A stretch of DNA of 64,000 nucleotides from a virus (Duplodnaviria > Caudoviricetes), in IMG/VR virus record IMGVR_UViG_3300025389_000011, one strand, 5' to 3'. Positions 21,743-31,964 of the stretch are shown here, in pieces. The notes under the pieces were generated by a model. That model ran no database searches. It saw only the letters and a program-made list of their open reading frames with translations, and was not told the origin of the DNA. Within the stretch, counting starts at the first letter, position 1, and each line of letters starts with the position of its first letter. The translations under genes and the position numbers were made by a program.

Positions 21743-23325
21743 GTGATACAGGAAAACAAAGCCCATTAGGCGTCAACTCAATGGCGGGCCTAATACAAAA
21801 CAAAGGTCTAACTATTAACAAAATTGGAGCTAGTTACATGGGCTCGGCTAAAAGTTTAAGTGATTATACTTTTGGCACATTAATTCAAAATACAGTATTA
21901 CGTTTATTAACTTGGTCAATCAATGATGCTTATGGAAGAAATGTTGTTAATTCAGGTACATATCAAAATTTAATATCAGTTGGTGAATATTTAGATTGGT
22001 ATCCAGTGACTAGTGGGTCATGGGGTAGTTTTATGAATAGTTATGCTATTTGGACTAATGGGCAAACTGATGTAGCAACATATACATATACAACAGGTGT
22101 TAATTTTCCTGCTACAGGTCTTTATACATTTAACTATGCCGCACAAAATACAATGACTGTTAGTTTAGATGGAACTGCAATTGGTGCGGCAACAACTAAT
22201 CATACAACAAATGATTCAATAACGATGAATGTTGTAGCAGGAGACCATATTATTAATATGGCAATCACTGGAACCGGTACAGCTACTGGTGGTGCGTTAC
22301 AAATCATTAAACCAATTGGTGGGGAGTTATGGGACTCACGTTCATATCTTGCATCACAAACTATTATTCCTGCTCCATCTTATTATAATCAAGGTGGTAC
22401 TGGCGGCGGATATGCCCCGTCTAGTGTAGCTCCAGGCACATCAACAGGGGGTGCTTATAATTCTGGCTCCGGAGCAGGTATTAAAACAATTACACTTAAT
22501 TCGGTAGACCAGACTACTACGTTTGTGTTTGTAAATGGATGGACTCAAAGTATACCAACTAATGCCCCGGTAGCTGATACTATAGCACAATTACAAGCAG
22601 ATAACAGTAAAGTAGGTGGTAGTGTATACGATATAGCAATTATTAATTACTTAAAAGGTGAAAATTACGAGGGTGGTAATTGGGATCCAAATATTACTCT
22701 AAAACTTAATGATGCAACTGTAGTATGGGGCAATACATTTAATCCAACTTGGTCTGGTACTGCGTTATCTAAGTATCAATTAACTATTTACTATTCAGGT
22801 GACTCACAATCAACTACAGGAAATGCCCCTTCAGGTAGTCTTACATTAACTACATCTGCTATAGGTAATCCTGCCAATATAACAAACAATCAATCAGATG
22901 CCCAAGGAAAATATAGTGTATACTCATTAGCTATGGCACTATATGACCCCGTACAGAAATATGTTGTTTATGCAAGTGCCGCATCATTAAAAGTATATGC
23001 ACCCAATGGTGCAGGAGCAAACACAACAACTAATACAAATATGACACCTTCTCAACCACCAGTTGTTTTTATAAGTCCAGGAACTACAGTGCCTGCTGAT
23101 GGCAAATCTGTATTAACGGTATCTTGGAGTGTAACAGGTGCTTATCCAGATCCCGATGGTGTATCAGTATCTGATACATTAGGAAATAAAAGTACTAGTG
23201 CATCTGGATCGTTCTCATATGGACCGTACTCGCCTGGCACTACAGGAGATACTAATATTTTTGTCGATGCAAAAGGTCCTGGCGGAGGATTCTCAACTTC
23301 TAGGTTTTTGCAAATAAAAGGGTAA
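21739..23325 (+). CDS. Putative virion structural protein
   Basis: T/G/S-rich ~528 aa, translationally coupled to PAAR. Confidence 0.6.
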   Translation: MSDTGKQSPLGVNSMAGLIQNKGLTINKIGASYMGSAKSLSDYTFGTLIQNTVLRLLTWSINDAYGRNVVNSGTYQNLISVGEYLDWYPVTSGSWGSFMNSYAIWTNGQTDVATYTYTTGVNFPATGLYTFNYAAQNTMTVSLDGTAIGAATTNHTTNDSITMNVVAGDHIINMAITGTGTATGGALQIIKPIGGELWDSRSYLASQTIIPAPSYYNQGGTGGGYAPSSVAPGTSTGGAYNSGSGAGIKTITLNSVDQTTTFVFVNGWTQSIPTNAPVADTIAQLQADNSKVGGSVYDIAIINYLKGENYEGGNWDPNITLKLNDATVVWGNTFNPTWSGTALSKYQLTIYYSGDSQSTTGNAPSGSLTLTTSAIGNPANITNNQSDAQGKYSVYSLAMALYDPVQKYVVYASAASLKVYAPNGAGANTTTNTNMTPSQPPVVFISPGTTVPADGKSVLTVSWSVTGAYPDPDGVSVSDTLGNKSTSASGSFSYGPYSPGTTGDTNIFVDAKGPGGGFSTSRFLQIKG

Positions 23326-23332
23326 TACAATT

Positions 23333-24346
23333 ATGGCAAACGGATCACAACCAACAGGCGGTATACCAGGGTTAGGAAACTCAAAGCCACCTACGTTTAC
23401 CTATACCGGTGATCCAGGTTGGGGCGGCGCTGACTACACCGGACAAGTTGCAAGTTGGGGGTATTTACATTTATATCCACTACAAGCATGGAATGAATTT
23501 AACTACAATAATACATTGGGAACTACTAATTATTATACAGATTTTTTAGGTTCGTTTATGGCTAGTGGAGCATTTATACAATACTCCAACCAAGCTATCA
23601 TGTCAATGCAAAATTCTATACACTTTTTAGAAGGTACATTTAGTAATCAAAACGATTTGATTTCTAGTGATATTACTGGTGTATCGTTGGCAGGTCCTGC
23701 ATTTGGTCAAGATATGATTGCATTGGGTCGTGCAATAGATTTATCAACGATATCATCATTTGGTTTGCCTAGTAATCTATTAGCAACACTTAAAAAGAAC
23801 AATGCAATAACACCGTCACTTACTTTGGCATTGATTGCATCAGGATTAACTCCAACTGATATTACTACTGTGTTAAATAATAAAGGTGTTTCAAATCTAC
23901 AACAACAACAAGTATATGCGGCATTGTTGGTTATCGTAGGGGTAGATTTAGATAGTATTTTAATATCACTAAATTGTAAAACAAAAGGTCTAACTAGTTT
24001 AGCTGATTTATTGAATGTACAAAAACTATTTCCAACTAGTTATCAATCATTGACAGTTCCTGTGTATAACGCTAATCCAGGACCTACAAATAGTAAAACA
24101 TATTATCCAATATATATTGGTACTGGAGTAAATCCCGCATTAAGTACTGAAACAATGAATAATTTAATTGGTACTATTATTCCTCCTGGATCACCGACAA
24201 GTGCACCTGCACCACAATCAACAACAAGTACACCGCAACAAAATAACACATTACCGACGGTTGCAACACCCTTAGGTGATGCATATGGTTCAACAGTTGG
24301 TAGAACAATTGGATCATTGGCTACTGGTATAGGGAGTTCAATATAA
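23333..24346 (+). CDS. Putative virion structural protein
   Basis: 337-aa ORF in the same operon, with a P/T-rich linker near the C-terminus. Confidence 0.6.
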   Translation: MANGSQPTGGIPGLGNSKPPTFTYTGDPGWGGADYTGQVASWGYLHLYPLQAWNEFNYNNTLGTTNYYTDFLGSFMASGAFIQYSNQAIMSMQNSIHFLEGTFSNQNDLISSDITGVSLAGPAFGQDMIALGRAIDLSTISSFGLPSNLLATLKKNNAITPSLTLALIASGLTPTDITTVLNNKGVSNLQQQQVYAALLVIVGVDLDSILISLNCKTKGLTSLADLLNVQKLFPTSYQSLTVPVYNANPGPTNSKTYYPIYIGTGVNPALSTETMNNLIGTIIPPGSPTSAPAPQSTTSTPQQNNTLPTVATPLGDAYGSTVGRTIGSLATGIGSSI

Positions 24347-26211
24347 TGGCAGGTTTTTTTCAAAACAATAACAACGGGGCTACACAACAAGACACACCAA
24401 TTGAAACAGCGCAACCCGGTGACAATGCACAATCAACGCCAACACAATTAAATATCCAAACATTGCCCAAAGGTTTTGGTAGTTATTTGAACAATATTCT
24501 ACCGCCTGACGTAGCAATAGCCGCTGGTGCGTTCAGTAGAACGATGCAACAGATTACAAATATTCAAGGTGTGCCTATTGAGAAATTTGCACAAGTTTCT
24601 GGAACAATGGAAACAAACAAAGGGTTACCATTAACAAACGGTACTAATGTACCAACAGCTATTACAGAAGCACAAACAAGTCTTGGCATTGTTGCATTAG
24701 GAGACGGCCCGTATAATACGTTTACATTTTCAAACTTTTTTGGATGTATGAGTTGTTTGCCTTATCCTTGGGCAACAATAGAACAACAAATTGATGCATT
24801 GGCAACTAGAAAATTATTTAATATATACAATCAATTATTTTTAGCAGTTACATGGGAACTTGGGGAAGCAGATATAATTCAATACAAATATAATGTTGAA
24901 CAACAACCTTATATACCACCAACGATTGATCCTGATACTGGAAAAGTAACGGATCCAGGACAACCTAGAATAGACCATTGGTATTATACAGTATCTTCTT
25001 CACTAACAAATCCAGGTGGTGGTTACGGTAGAGGTACTGGACCTTTACCATTGGTATTTTTGACCCCGAATAATTGCGGTGCATCGGCATATGTCACATC
25101 GTTTGGCACAAATGATGCAGATGCAAAGTCTAATCGTCAGGGAACATTTGGTAGAATAACAGGATATGAATTTTTCCCCGGAACTCCTTATTTATATACT
25201 ACTACCACTGTTAATCAGGATGGTCCTCCCCCAACACCAGATGCACCGACTGAGTATATAACTGTGCAAGGTCCACCTACAGGAACACTCCCTGTACAGG
25301 CTAATGGAGATATTGGTACTGGTGGAACAAATACTGCAGGTGTTAGAGATGATACTTTAGGTGGTAGAACTGTACTTGATCCTGGATGGCCTGGAATGAA
25401 TACCCCTGTACAGTTATACATTAATCAAGCAAATGATGAAATATTTTCAATACGCAATAATAATTTAACTGTAGCAAATGCATTAAATGCAAATTGGAAT
25501 AACATAGGTGAATACTTAAACAATGAATTACGTGCAAGAAATATTGGATTAGGATCAAATCCATTACCAAACACTCCACCAGGAAGTCCGGTACCCAACC
25601 TTAATCCATACCCTATGACCATGTATAGTTTTACTGACTCAGTACCTAGTTTTGCAAAAGATACTAACCCACATATGGCTTCACAAACTATAGAAAATAT
25701 TATAGAACAAGATTCAATTACCGGTCAAAGTCTTGTGGCTATGACTAGAGAAAATAGAAATCAATCAAGGTTGAATAGTGCAGGTTTAATACTAAACAAT
25801 AATATTTCTGATACAATTACACCAGAACAACAAAAACAATTATTAGGTAATGGCACATTAAGTACATCAGCAGGAACAACTAACCCGGCATATCCTCCGG
25901 GAACCGCAGTAGTACCAGCAGGTTATTATGATCCTACTACACAGCAATATATAACAACGTCTAATCCACCATTTGGTGCAACTAATACATCATCTGGTAG
26001 TAATATTAGTAGTAGTACTAGTAACGGTACACCTGTAGACACGGGTGGACCTGCAGTACCCGGCAGTTTAGGAGCGTCACAATATCAAAACTTGATACCA
26101 GCATCACTAAACCCATATTATACTTCAGGTATATTATTACCGGCGACTTACCCAGTCTCAGATGCCATCGACCAAGTTGTCGCATGTAACTGTGATTGTT
26201 GGGTACATTAA
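24346..26211 (+). CDS. Putative virion structural protein
   Basis: 621-aa ORF with TAATG overlap and C-terminal CNCDCW. Confidence 0.6.
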   Translation: MAGFFQNNNNGATQQDTPIETAQPGDNAQSTPTQLNIQTLPKGFGSYLNNILPPDVAIAAGAFSRTMQQITNIQGVPIEKFAQVSGTMETNKGLPLTNGTNVPTAITEAQTSLGIVALGDGPYNTFTFSNFFGCMSCLPYPWATIEQQIDALATRKLFNIYNQLFLAVTWELGEADIIQYKYNVEQQPYIPPTIDPDTGKVTDPGQPRIDHWYYTVSSSLTNPGGGYGRGTGPLPLVFLTPNNCGASAYVTSFGTNDADAKSNRQGTFGRITGYEFFPGTPYLYTTTTVNQDGPPPTPDAPTEYITVQGPPTGTLPVQANGDIGTGGTNTAGVRDDTLGGRTVLDPGWPGMNTPVQLYINQANDEIFSIRNNNLTVANALNANWNNIGEYLNNELRARNIGLGSNPLPNTPPGSPVPNLNPYPMTMYSFTDSVPSFAKDTNPHMASQTIENIIEQDSITGQSLVAMTRENRNQSRLNSAGLILNNNISDTITPEQQKQLLGNGTLSTSAGTTNPAYPPGTAVVPAGYYDPTTQQYITTSNPPFGATNTSSGSNISSSTSNGTPVDTGGPAVPGSLGASQYQNLIPASLNPYYTSGILLPATYPVSDAIDQVVACNCDCWVH

Positions 26212-26298
26212 CCAAAAATATTGTACAAAACAGACTTTTCTGTTATACTCTATTTTTGTCCCTAAAAGTCGGGGGAACTTGATAAAAAGGAGAACAAG

Positions 26299-26865
26299 AT
26301 GGAAAATGTAATTAGAAGTGTGTATATGTTAATGGGCGCAATAATAATTGCTCTTATAACACAAAGCATCACGCATTACAAAATGGACTACTATCGTGGT
26401 CAAGACAAATATGTCCAAAACATACCAGTTGAGACAGTTGAAAAACGTTTAAATTGTATGACACAAAACATTTACCGTGAAGCAGGTTATGAGCCGTTTG
26501 AGGGTAAAGTAGCAGTAGCACAAGTAACACTAAACAGAGTAAACGACCCACGATTTCCAAAAGATATTTGTGCAGTAGTATACCAAAAAGATGTAATTAT
26601 GGAAAAAGTAGTTTGTCAATTTTCATGGTATTGTACAAATGGATTAGAAAAAACTAAACCAATTAATAATTCAGCATACAGAGAAAGTTATGAAGTAGCT
26701 AAAAAAGTTATGCTAGAAGGATTTAGATTGGATGGTATAAAAAATGCATTATACTATCATGCAGATTACATAAATCCCAATTGGAAATTACACAGAGTAG
26801 CAAAAATTGGAAATCATGTATTTTATGAAGACAACCAATCACACAAAGGAAAAAATGATGATTAA
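26299..26865 (+). CDS. SleB-like cell-wall hydrolase (Hydrolase_2)
   Basis: IYREAGYEPFEGKVAVAQVTLNRV, CQFSW, ALYYHADY, IGNHVFY. Confidence 0.9.
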   Translation: MENVIRSVYMLMGAIIIALITQSITHYKMDYYRGQDKYVQNIPVETVEKRLNCMTQNIYREAGYEPFEGKVAVAQVTLNRVNDPRFPKDICAVVYQKDVIMEKVVCQFSWYCTNGLEKTKPINNSAYRESYEVAKKVMLEGFRLDGIKNALYYHADYINPNWKLHRVAKIGNHVFYEDNQSHKGKNDD

Positions 26866-27184
26866 CGCAATAATTGATTCAATGGCAAAAACAATAAATG
26901 AATTTGGTAAAGACTTTAAAGAAAAGATTACTCATTTATCGTCTGAAACAATTCATTGGATGGCAATATTATGTTTGTTTGGTGCTACTGCTCCAAACTT
27001 AATTGGGCTAATGGTTGGCGTTACAGACACTATGCCACCTATTGAAATAGTGTTAATTGTTTGGGCGGCATTGGGTTTGTTCTTTATGAAAGCAATTATT
27101 CAACGTGATGTATTAAATCTTATCACGATTGGATTTGGTTTCATGGCTCAAGCAGTTGCTATGGCATTGATATTCTTTAAGTAA
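26855..27184 (+). CDS. Membrane protein
   Basis: Three hydrophobic segments. Confidence 0.65.
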   Translation: MMINAIIDSMAKTINEFGKDFKEKITHLSSETIHWMAILCLFGATAPNLIGLMVGVTDTMPPIEIVLIVWAALGLFFMKAIIQRDVLNLITIGFGFMAQAVAMALIFFK

Positions 27185-27185
27185 C

Positions 27186-27665
27186 ATGAGTGAAGAAGAC
27201 AAGAGCAATCTTGCCAAAGGCAGGACTAGCTATGATTTAAAAGTAGGAGATTCTCTTGTCCCGTTCTTTAACAGAAATGTTAGTGAATATCCCACAGAAG
27301 CAGGTGGACCTAAATTTGATTTGGTGCCCGTAACCAAACAAAAAGATATCATGATTAACCATGCTAGGTTGTATGCCCAGCAAGAATATGATAGAATAAT
27401 GCAACTGGTTAATGTGTTGCAAAAACAAGCAGAAGATATTAAGCGCAGACTTGACGTAACTGATATGGTCTATGCCGCAGAATATCAATTTCAAATTGTT
27501 ATGGGTCATTGTTATTGGTTAGTGTTTGACACACGAAAACAAAAAATGATACTAACATCACATGGACCAAATGATTGGAATACGGGTAAACCTGTAGATT
27601 ATGATTACATAACTCAGGTTAAATACATGGGAGACCACACGTGGATGGAGATAGTTGATGACTAA
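27186..27665 (+). CDS. DUF2452-like hypothetical protein
   Basis: YPTEAGGPKF...KQAEDIKRRL...AEYQFQ..GHCYWL pattern, recalled family. Confidence 0.55.
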   Translation: MSEEDKSNLAKGRTSYDLKVGDSLVPFFNRNVSEYPTEAGGPKFDLVPVTKQKDIMINHARLYAQQEYDRIMQLVNVLQKQAEDIKRRLDVTDMVYAAEYQFQIVMGHCYWLVFDTRKQKMILTSHGPNDWNTGKPVDYDYITQVKYMGDHTWMEIVDD

Positions 27666-28221
27666 AGTAAACAGTAGCAAACAACGACATACTTTTCAAT
27701 TAGAAAAATACATTGAGCGTACAAAAAAAGAAGGTAAAGAACCTTCTGAAGACTATATGGATTTTTGGAAAACTGCCAAACAACAAGACGAAGAAAATCT
27801 TGTTGACCCTGAATGGCAAAAAGATAACTTAGAATATGACTTGCGTAGTACCCAATGGATATGTGATAAAGTCAAAGGTGATGAAGTTTATGCACAAAAT
27901 TTGTACGCATCAATGTGTAATAGAAACTTTACAAAAAATGATGTGTGGCCCATACTAACTGAAAAACGCTGGAGCTGTAGTTGGAGACATGCGGGTGGTA
28001 TTATCGCTGACATGCGTGAACAAGGTGATTATATTGATTGGTACTGTAGCGGTATCAGAAATGAACCAACTGAAGAAGAAATCGCAAACTTCAATGATGA
28101 ACAAAAACAAAGATATCTTGAACTACAAGCGTTTGTTGGTGAGGGAATGGTTACTGACGAAATACGTGAAGATTTGTTTAAGTTAGGATGGATTGTTATA
28201 CCGGACGATTTAGTTGACTAA
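27658..28221 (+). CDS. Hypothetical phage protein
   Basis: LEYDLR, YAQNLYASMCN, SWRHAGGIIA, YIDWYCSG motifs. Confidence 0.7.
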   Translation: MTKVNSSKQRHTFQLEKYIERTKKEGKEPSEDYMDFWKTAKQQDEENLVDPEWQKDNLEYDLRSTQWICDKVKGDEVYAQNLYASMCNRNFTKNDVWPILTEKRWSCSWRHAGGIIADMREQGDYIDWYCSGIRNEPTEEEIANFNDEQKQRYLELQAFVGEGMVTDEIREDLFKLGWIVIPDDLVD

Positions 28222-28245
28222 ATACTGTACAAGGAACTTACTATC

Positions 28246-28626
28246 ATGGCATATTCAGAAAAAGTAATTGACCACTATGAAAACCCACGCAATGTGGGTA
28301 GTTTTGGTAAAGAAGATACAGATGTAGGTACGGGAATGGTCGGTGCCCCAGCTTGCGGTGACGTGATGAAACTGCAAATTAAAGTAGACCCTAATACAGG
28401 ATTAATAACAGATGCCAAATTTAAGACATATGGGTGTGGGTCGGCAATTGCTTCTTCAAGCCTTGTCACAGAGTGGGTCAAAGGTAAAACATTGGATGAG
28501 GCTGCAACCATTAAGAACTCAGCAATCGCCGAGGAACTCGCCCTTCCCCCAGTCAAGATCCATTGCTCCATCCTCGCAGAAGACGCCATCAAAGCCGCAG
28601 TAGAAGATTATAGAAAGAAACATTGA
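28246..28626 (+). CDS. iscU: Fe-S cluster scaffold IscU
   Basis: YSEKVIDHYENPRNVG, GAPACGDVM, GCGSAIASSS, LPPVKIHCSILAEDA. Confidence 0.97.
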   Translation: MAYSEKVIDHYENPRNVGSFGKEDTDVGTGMVGAPACGDVMKLQIKVDPNTGLITDAKFKTYGCGSAIASSSLVTEWVKGKTLDEAATIKNSAIAEELALPPVKIHCSILAEDAIKAAVEDYRKKH

Positions 28627-29303
28627 TGAATCGGGATATTATTCCAATTAATTATGCTGGTGGTACAGGTGGCAATTTTCTTTGCCATTTTATTGTAACA
28701 GCAAAATATAATAATTACGAAAAATATAAATTATTGTTGAGCAGATATGGAAATGCACACTCTAGTGTAAAGGATTTTCCCGGAGCTCCTTATCCGTTAC
28801 AAGTACCTGATGATATTAAGGTCAACTATTTGTTAACTACATTACCGGACGGCTCGGATAAAACAAAGCCTTACTACTCAGTCGCACATATTTTAAATAA
28901 TCAAACTATCCTTGACAATTTTGAAAAGTCAATTAGAATTGTATATGATAAAGATGACTTTGAAGAACTTACTATGGTATTTATGGGTAAGTATGCACTA
29001 GACTGTGAAGAAAAAATATTCAACGAAACTACAGATACGTTATGGCATCATTTACCATCAATGCGTTTTTTCTTTAAAAAATACAGTAAATATTTTAAAT
29101 ATGAAGAAGGTCACGACAATGTGTGTTATGTAACATGGAAAGAGTTGTATCATTTAGATCCATCAGTACTGATAGAAAAATTAAGTAATTTTACCGGGAT
29201 ACCTAAAGAAAACTTTTCAAAAGAACACATGTATGTATGGAGAAAAGCAACTGCATTTTGTATTGATTCAATCATTAGAATATTAGGTGACAAATTAAAA
29301 TGA
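28623..29303 (+). CDS. P-loop/sulfotransferase-like protein, paralog 1
   Basis: N-terminal PINYAGGTGGNFLCHFI; fold assignment is inferred. Confidence 0.5.
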   Translation: MMNRDIIPINYAGGTGGNFLCHFIVTAKYNNYEKYKLLLSRYGNAHSSVKDFPGAPYPLQVPDDIKVNYLLTTLPDGSDKTKPYYSVAHILNNQTILDNFEKSIRIVYDKDDFEELTMVFMGKYALDCEEKIFNETTDTLWHHLPSMRFFFKKYSKYFKYEEGHDNVCYVTWKELYHLDPSVLIEKLSNFTGIPKENFSKEHMYVWRKATAFCIDSIIRILGDKLK

Positions 29304-29956
29304 TAGAAGATGTTGTGCCTATCATTTACATGAACGGCACTGGTGGTAATTTCTTGTGTCACTTTATAGTAAGTGCTAAAAGAAATATTAAAGATATTAT
29401 ACAGTTAAGTAAACACGGCAATGCACATGAACATGGGTTAAAAGATATTCCTCACCCTACATGGGGAATACGTATACCTGATATAGATAAAATCAATCAT
29501 ATCAAAGAGTATGTAAAAAATATTGAAAATAATCTAAAACCATATTATACGTCTGCACATATTAGTGATATTGATTTAGTCAATAGTTATTTTAAAAAGC
29601 ATATAAAAATTACATATGACATGAATGATGTAAATGAATTAGTTCCGGCATCATTGGGTAAATTTCATGTAGACACACAAAATAAAAATAAAGAAGATTT
29701 GCCCAAATATCTAGCAGACATTACTTGGATAACAATGAAATACAATAAATTTTTCAAAAATAGTGATAAAGAAAATACACTATGCATAAGTTGGAAAGAA
29801 CTATATCATTTAGATCCTGCTATTATAATTGATAAGTTAAATTTGTTTACCAATATACCTAAAGAAAACTTTTCAATAGAGCAACTATTGATTTGGAGAA
29901 ATGCCACAAAAACATGCATCGAAACAATTACTCCTTACATAAAGCGTAAATTATGA
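29300..29956 (+). CDS. P-loop/sulfotransferase-like protein, paralog 2
   Basis: PIIYMNGTGGNFLCHFI...WKELYHLDP...IPKENFS. Confidence 0.5.
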   Translation: MIEDVVPIIYMNGTGGNFLCHFIVSAKRNIKDIIQLSKHGNAHEHGLKDIPHPTWGIRIPDIDKINHIKEYVKNIENNLKPYYTSAHISDIDLVNSYFKKHIKITYDMNDVNELVPASLGKFHVDTQNKNKEDLPKYLADITWITMKYNKFFKNSDKENTLCISWKELYHLDPAIIIDKLNLFTNIPKENFSIEQLLIWRNATKTCIETITPYIKRKL

Positions 29957-30597
29957 ACGAAGATATTATACCTATAACTTACATCAATGCATCAGGTGGT
30001 AATTTCTTGTGTCACTTTATAGTAAGTGCTAAAAGAAATATTAAAGATATCATACCATTAAGCAAGAATGGTAACACACATGAATATGGTTTAAAAGACA
30101 TACCTAGCCCATCATATGGTATACTAACAGCCGACAATATAAAAATCAATCATATACTTACTCAAACCCCTTTAGATAATAAACCATATTATACTTCAGC
30201 ACATATTAGTGATGGACAGTTAGTACATGATAATTTTAAAAAATCTATTCGTATTACATATGATTTAGATGATATAGAAGAACTTACCTTTATACATTTA
30301 GGTAAATATACCTCTGATTGCGAAAATATTGCGTTAGAATCGGTATCTACGCAAATGCCATTTATTAAATTTAGAATTAAAAAATATAATGAATTTTTTA
30401 GTAAAAAATATGATTCTATGTTGCTTGTGTCTTGGAAAGAAATTTATCACAATGAACCAAACATACTAATTACTAAACTGCATGAATTTACCAATATACC
30501 TAAAGAAAACTTTTCAATAGAGCAACTATTGATTTGGAGAGATGCTACAAAAAAATGTATTGAAACGGTGACCAATATTTTGAAGGAGAAATCATGA
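29953..30597 (+). CDS. P-loop/sulfotransferase-like protein, paralog 3
   Basis: PITYINASGGNFLCHFI...WKEIYH...IPKENFS. Confidence 0.5.
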   Translation: MNEDIIPITYINASGGNFLCHFIVSAKRNIKDIIPLSKNGNTHEYGLKDIPSPSYGILTADNIKINHILTQTPLDNKPYYTSAHISDGQLVHDNFKKSIRITYDLDDIEELTFIHLGKYTSDCENIALESVSTQMPFIKFRIKKYNEFFSKKYDSMLLVSWKEIYHNEPNILITKLHEFTNIPKENFSIEQLLIWRDATKKCIETVTNILKEKS

Positions 30598-30896
30598 GTA
30601 CTGAACAAGATAAAATCAAACATTCAAAAAGAATGCTTAAAGATGATAATGCTGTCGCAAAGCAAGTTAAGATTGCTAAAGCACATGGTTTAACAAATCA
30701 AGATAAAACTATCAAAGAACCACATCGTTTGGCTAAACATCATGCAATGGATTGTGGTAATCCAGAATGTTATTTGTGTGGTAATCCACGTAAGACACAC
30801 AAGGATAAATTGACAGCACAAGAACATAGATTGTTTCAGGACTTAGACGAAGTGCGTGACCGTCATAGCAATGGTTTTCCCAAAAGCGAAGAATAA
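30594..30896 (+). CDS. Hypothetical Zn-binding protein
   Basis: DCGNPECYLCGNPR motif. Confidence 0.65.
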   Translation: MSTEQDKIKHSKRMLKDDNAVAKQVKIAKAHGLTNQDKTIKEPHRLAKHHAMDCGNPECYLCGNPRKTHKDKLTAQEHRLFQDLDEVRDRHSNGFPKSEE

Positions 30897-30970
30897 TCAA
30901 TATAGTAGCATATAATGCGTAATTGTAGAGCATAAGTAGTTTTGTAATATGCTTTTATATTAAGGACTTT

Positions 30971-31312
30971 ATGAACACTTGCTTTACTTGTCTCAATTGC
31001 GGAAAACTTAACCCCAGTAAAGGGCATAGTTTTACCAACAAATATTGTAACAACAAATGCCAAGCTGAACATCGTAGTAGATTACTTGTTTCAGAATGGA
31101 AAGAGGGAAACACTAAGCCATGGGCTAAGATTCCTGATTGGTTGAAACGATATTTGATTGAGCAACGTGGTCATCGTTGTGAAATTTGTCACAACGAAAC
31201 ACACAACAAACAAGAAATTCCTTTAGTTGTTAATCATAAAAACAATAATACATACGACAATTCAGAAGATAACCTAGAGTTGATTTGCCCCAACTGTAGG
31301 TCACAGAAATAA
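30971..31312 (+). CDS. HNH endonuclease with N-terminal Zn finger
   Basis: CLNC..KYCNNKC; CEIC...VNHKNNNTYDN...NLELICPNC. Confidence 0.8.
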   Translation: MNTCFTCLNCGKLNPSKGHSFTNKYCNNKCQAEHRSRLLVSEWKEGNTKPWAKIPDWLKRYLIEQRGHRCEICHNETHNKQEIPLVVNHKNNNTYDNSEDNLELICPNCRSQK

Positions 31313-31332
31313 TTTAACACACAGGAGTAATT

Positions 31333-31878
31333 ATGAAAACTATAGGCGATAAAGTAACTAGCTTTGCAGTAACAGGCGTTAAGCCAGGCGCATTGACACC
31401 AGACAATGCATTCGAAACAATCACAGAAAAAAGTTTCGAAGGTAAGTGGAAAATTGTTGTGTACTATCCAAAAGATTTTACATTCGTTTGCCCAACAGAA
31501 ATCGTAGCATATGATGCATTGAACAGTCAATTTGCTGACCGTGATGCAGTATTGTTAATCGGTTCAACAGATAATGAGTTCTGTAAATTGGCATGGCGTA
31601 ATGCACATGAAGATTTGAAGAAAACAAACTCATGGAGTTTTGCCGATGTTGCCCGTGATGAGGTATCATTAGCACAACAATTGGGTATCTTCTATGGTCC
31701 AGCAGGTGCCGCATTACGTGCTACATTTATCATCGATCCAGACAATGTTATTCAGCACGTTACAGTTAACAACTTAGATGTTGGTCGTAACCCAGATGAA
31801 ACATTGCGTGTATTAGACGCATTGCAAACTGGCGAACTATGCCCATGCAGTCGTCCAATCGGTGGCGATACACTATAA
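31333..31878 (+). CDS. ahpC: Peroxiredoxin AhpC
   Basis: YPKDFTFVCPTE, RATFIIDP, GRNPDE and C-terminal LCPC. Confidence 0.95.
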   Translation: MKTIGDKVTSFAVTGVKPGALTPDNAFETITEKSFEGKWKIVVYYPKDFTFVCPTEIVAYDALNSQFADRDAVLLIGSTDNEFCKLAWRNAHEDLKKTNSWSFADVARDEVSLAQQLGIFYGPAGAALRATFIIDPDNVIQHVTVNNLDVGRNPDETLRVLDALQTGELCPCSRPIGGDTL

Positions 31879-31891
31879 TAGGAGCACGACA

Positions 31892-31963
31892 ATGAACTTT
31901 CAAGAGTTATTTGATTATCTCAAGAGGGAACATTGTCCCTCTTGTAACACACAAGGAAAATAA
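31892..31963 (+). CDS. Putative 23-aa CxxC micropeptide (MNFQELFDYLKREHCPSCNTQGK)
   Basis: AGGAG RBS at 31880-31884; fills the ahpC-ahpD gap; stop lies 1 nt before the ahpD ATG. Confidence 0.5.
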   Translation: MNFQELFDYLKREHCPSCNTQGK

Positions 31964-31964
31964 A

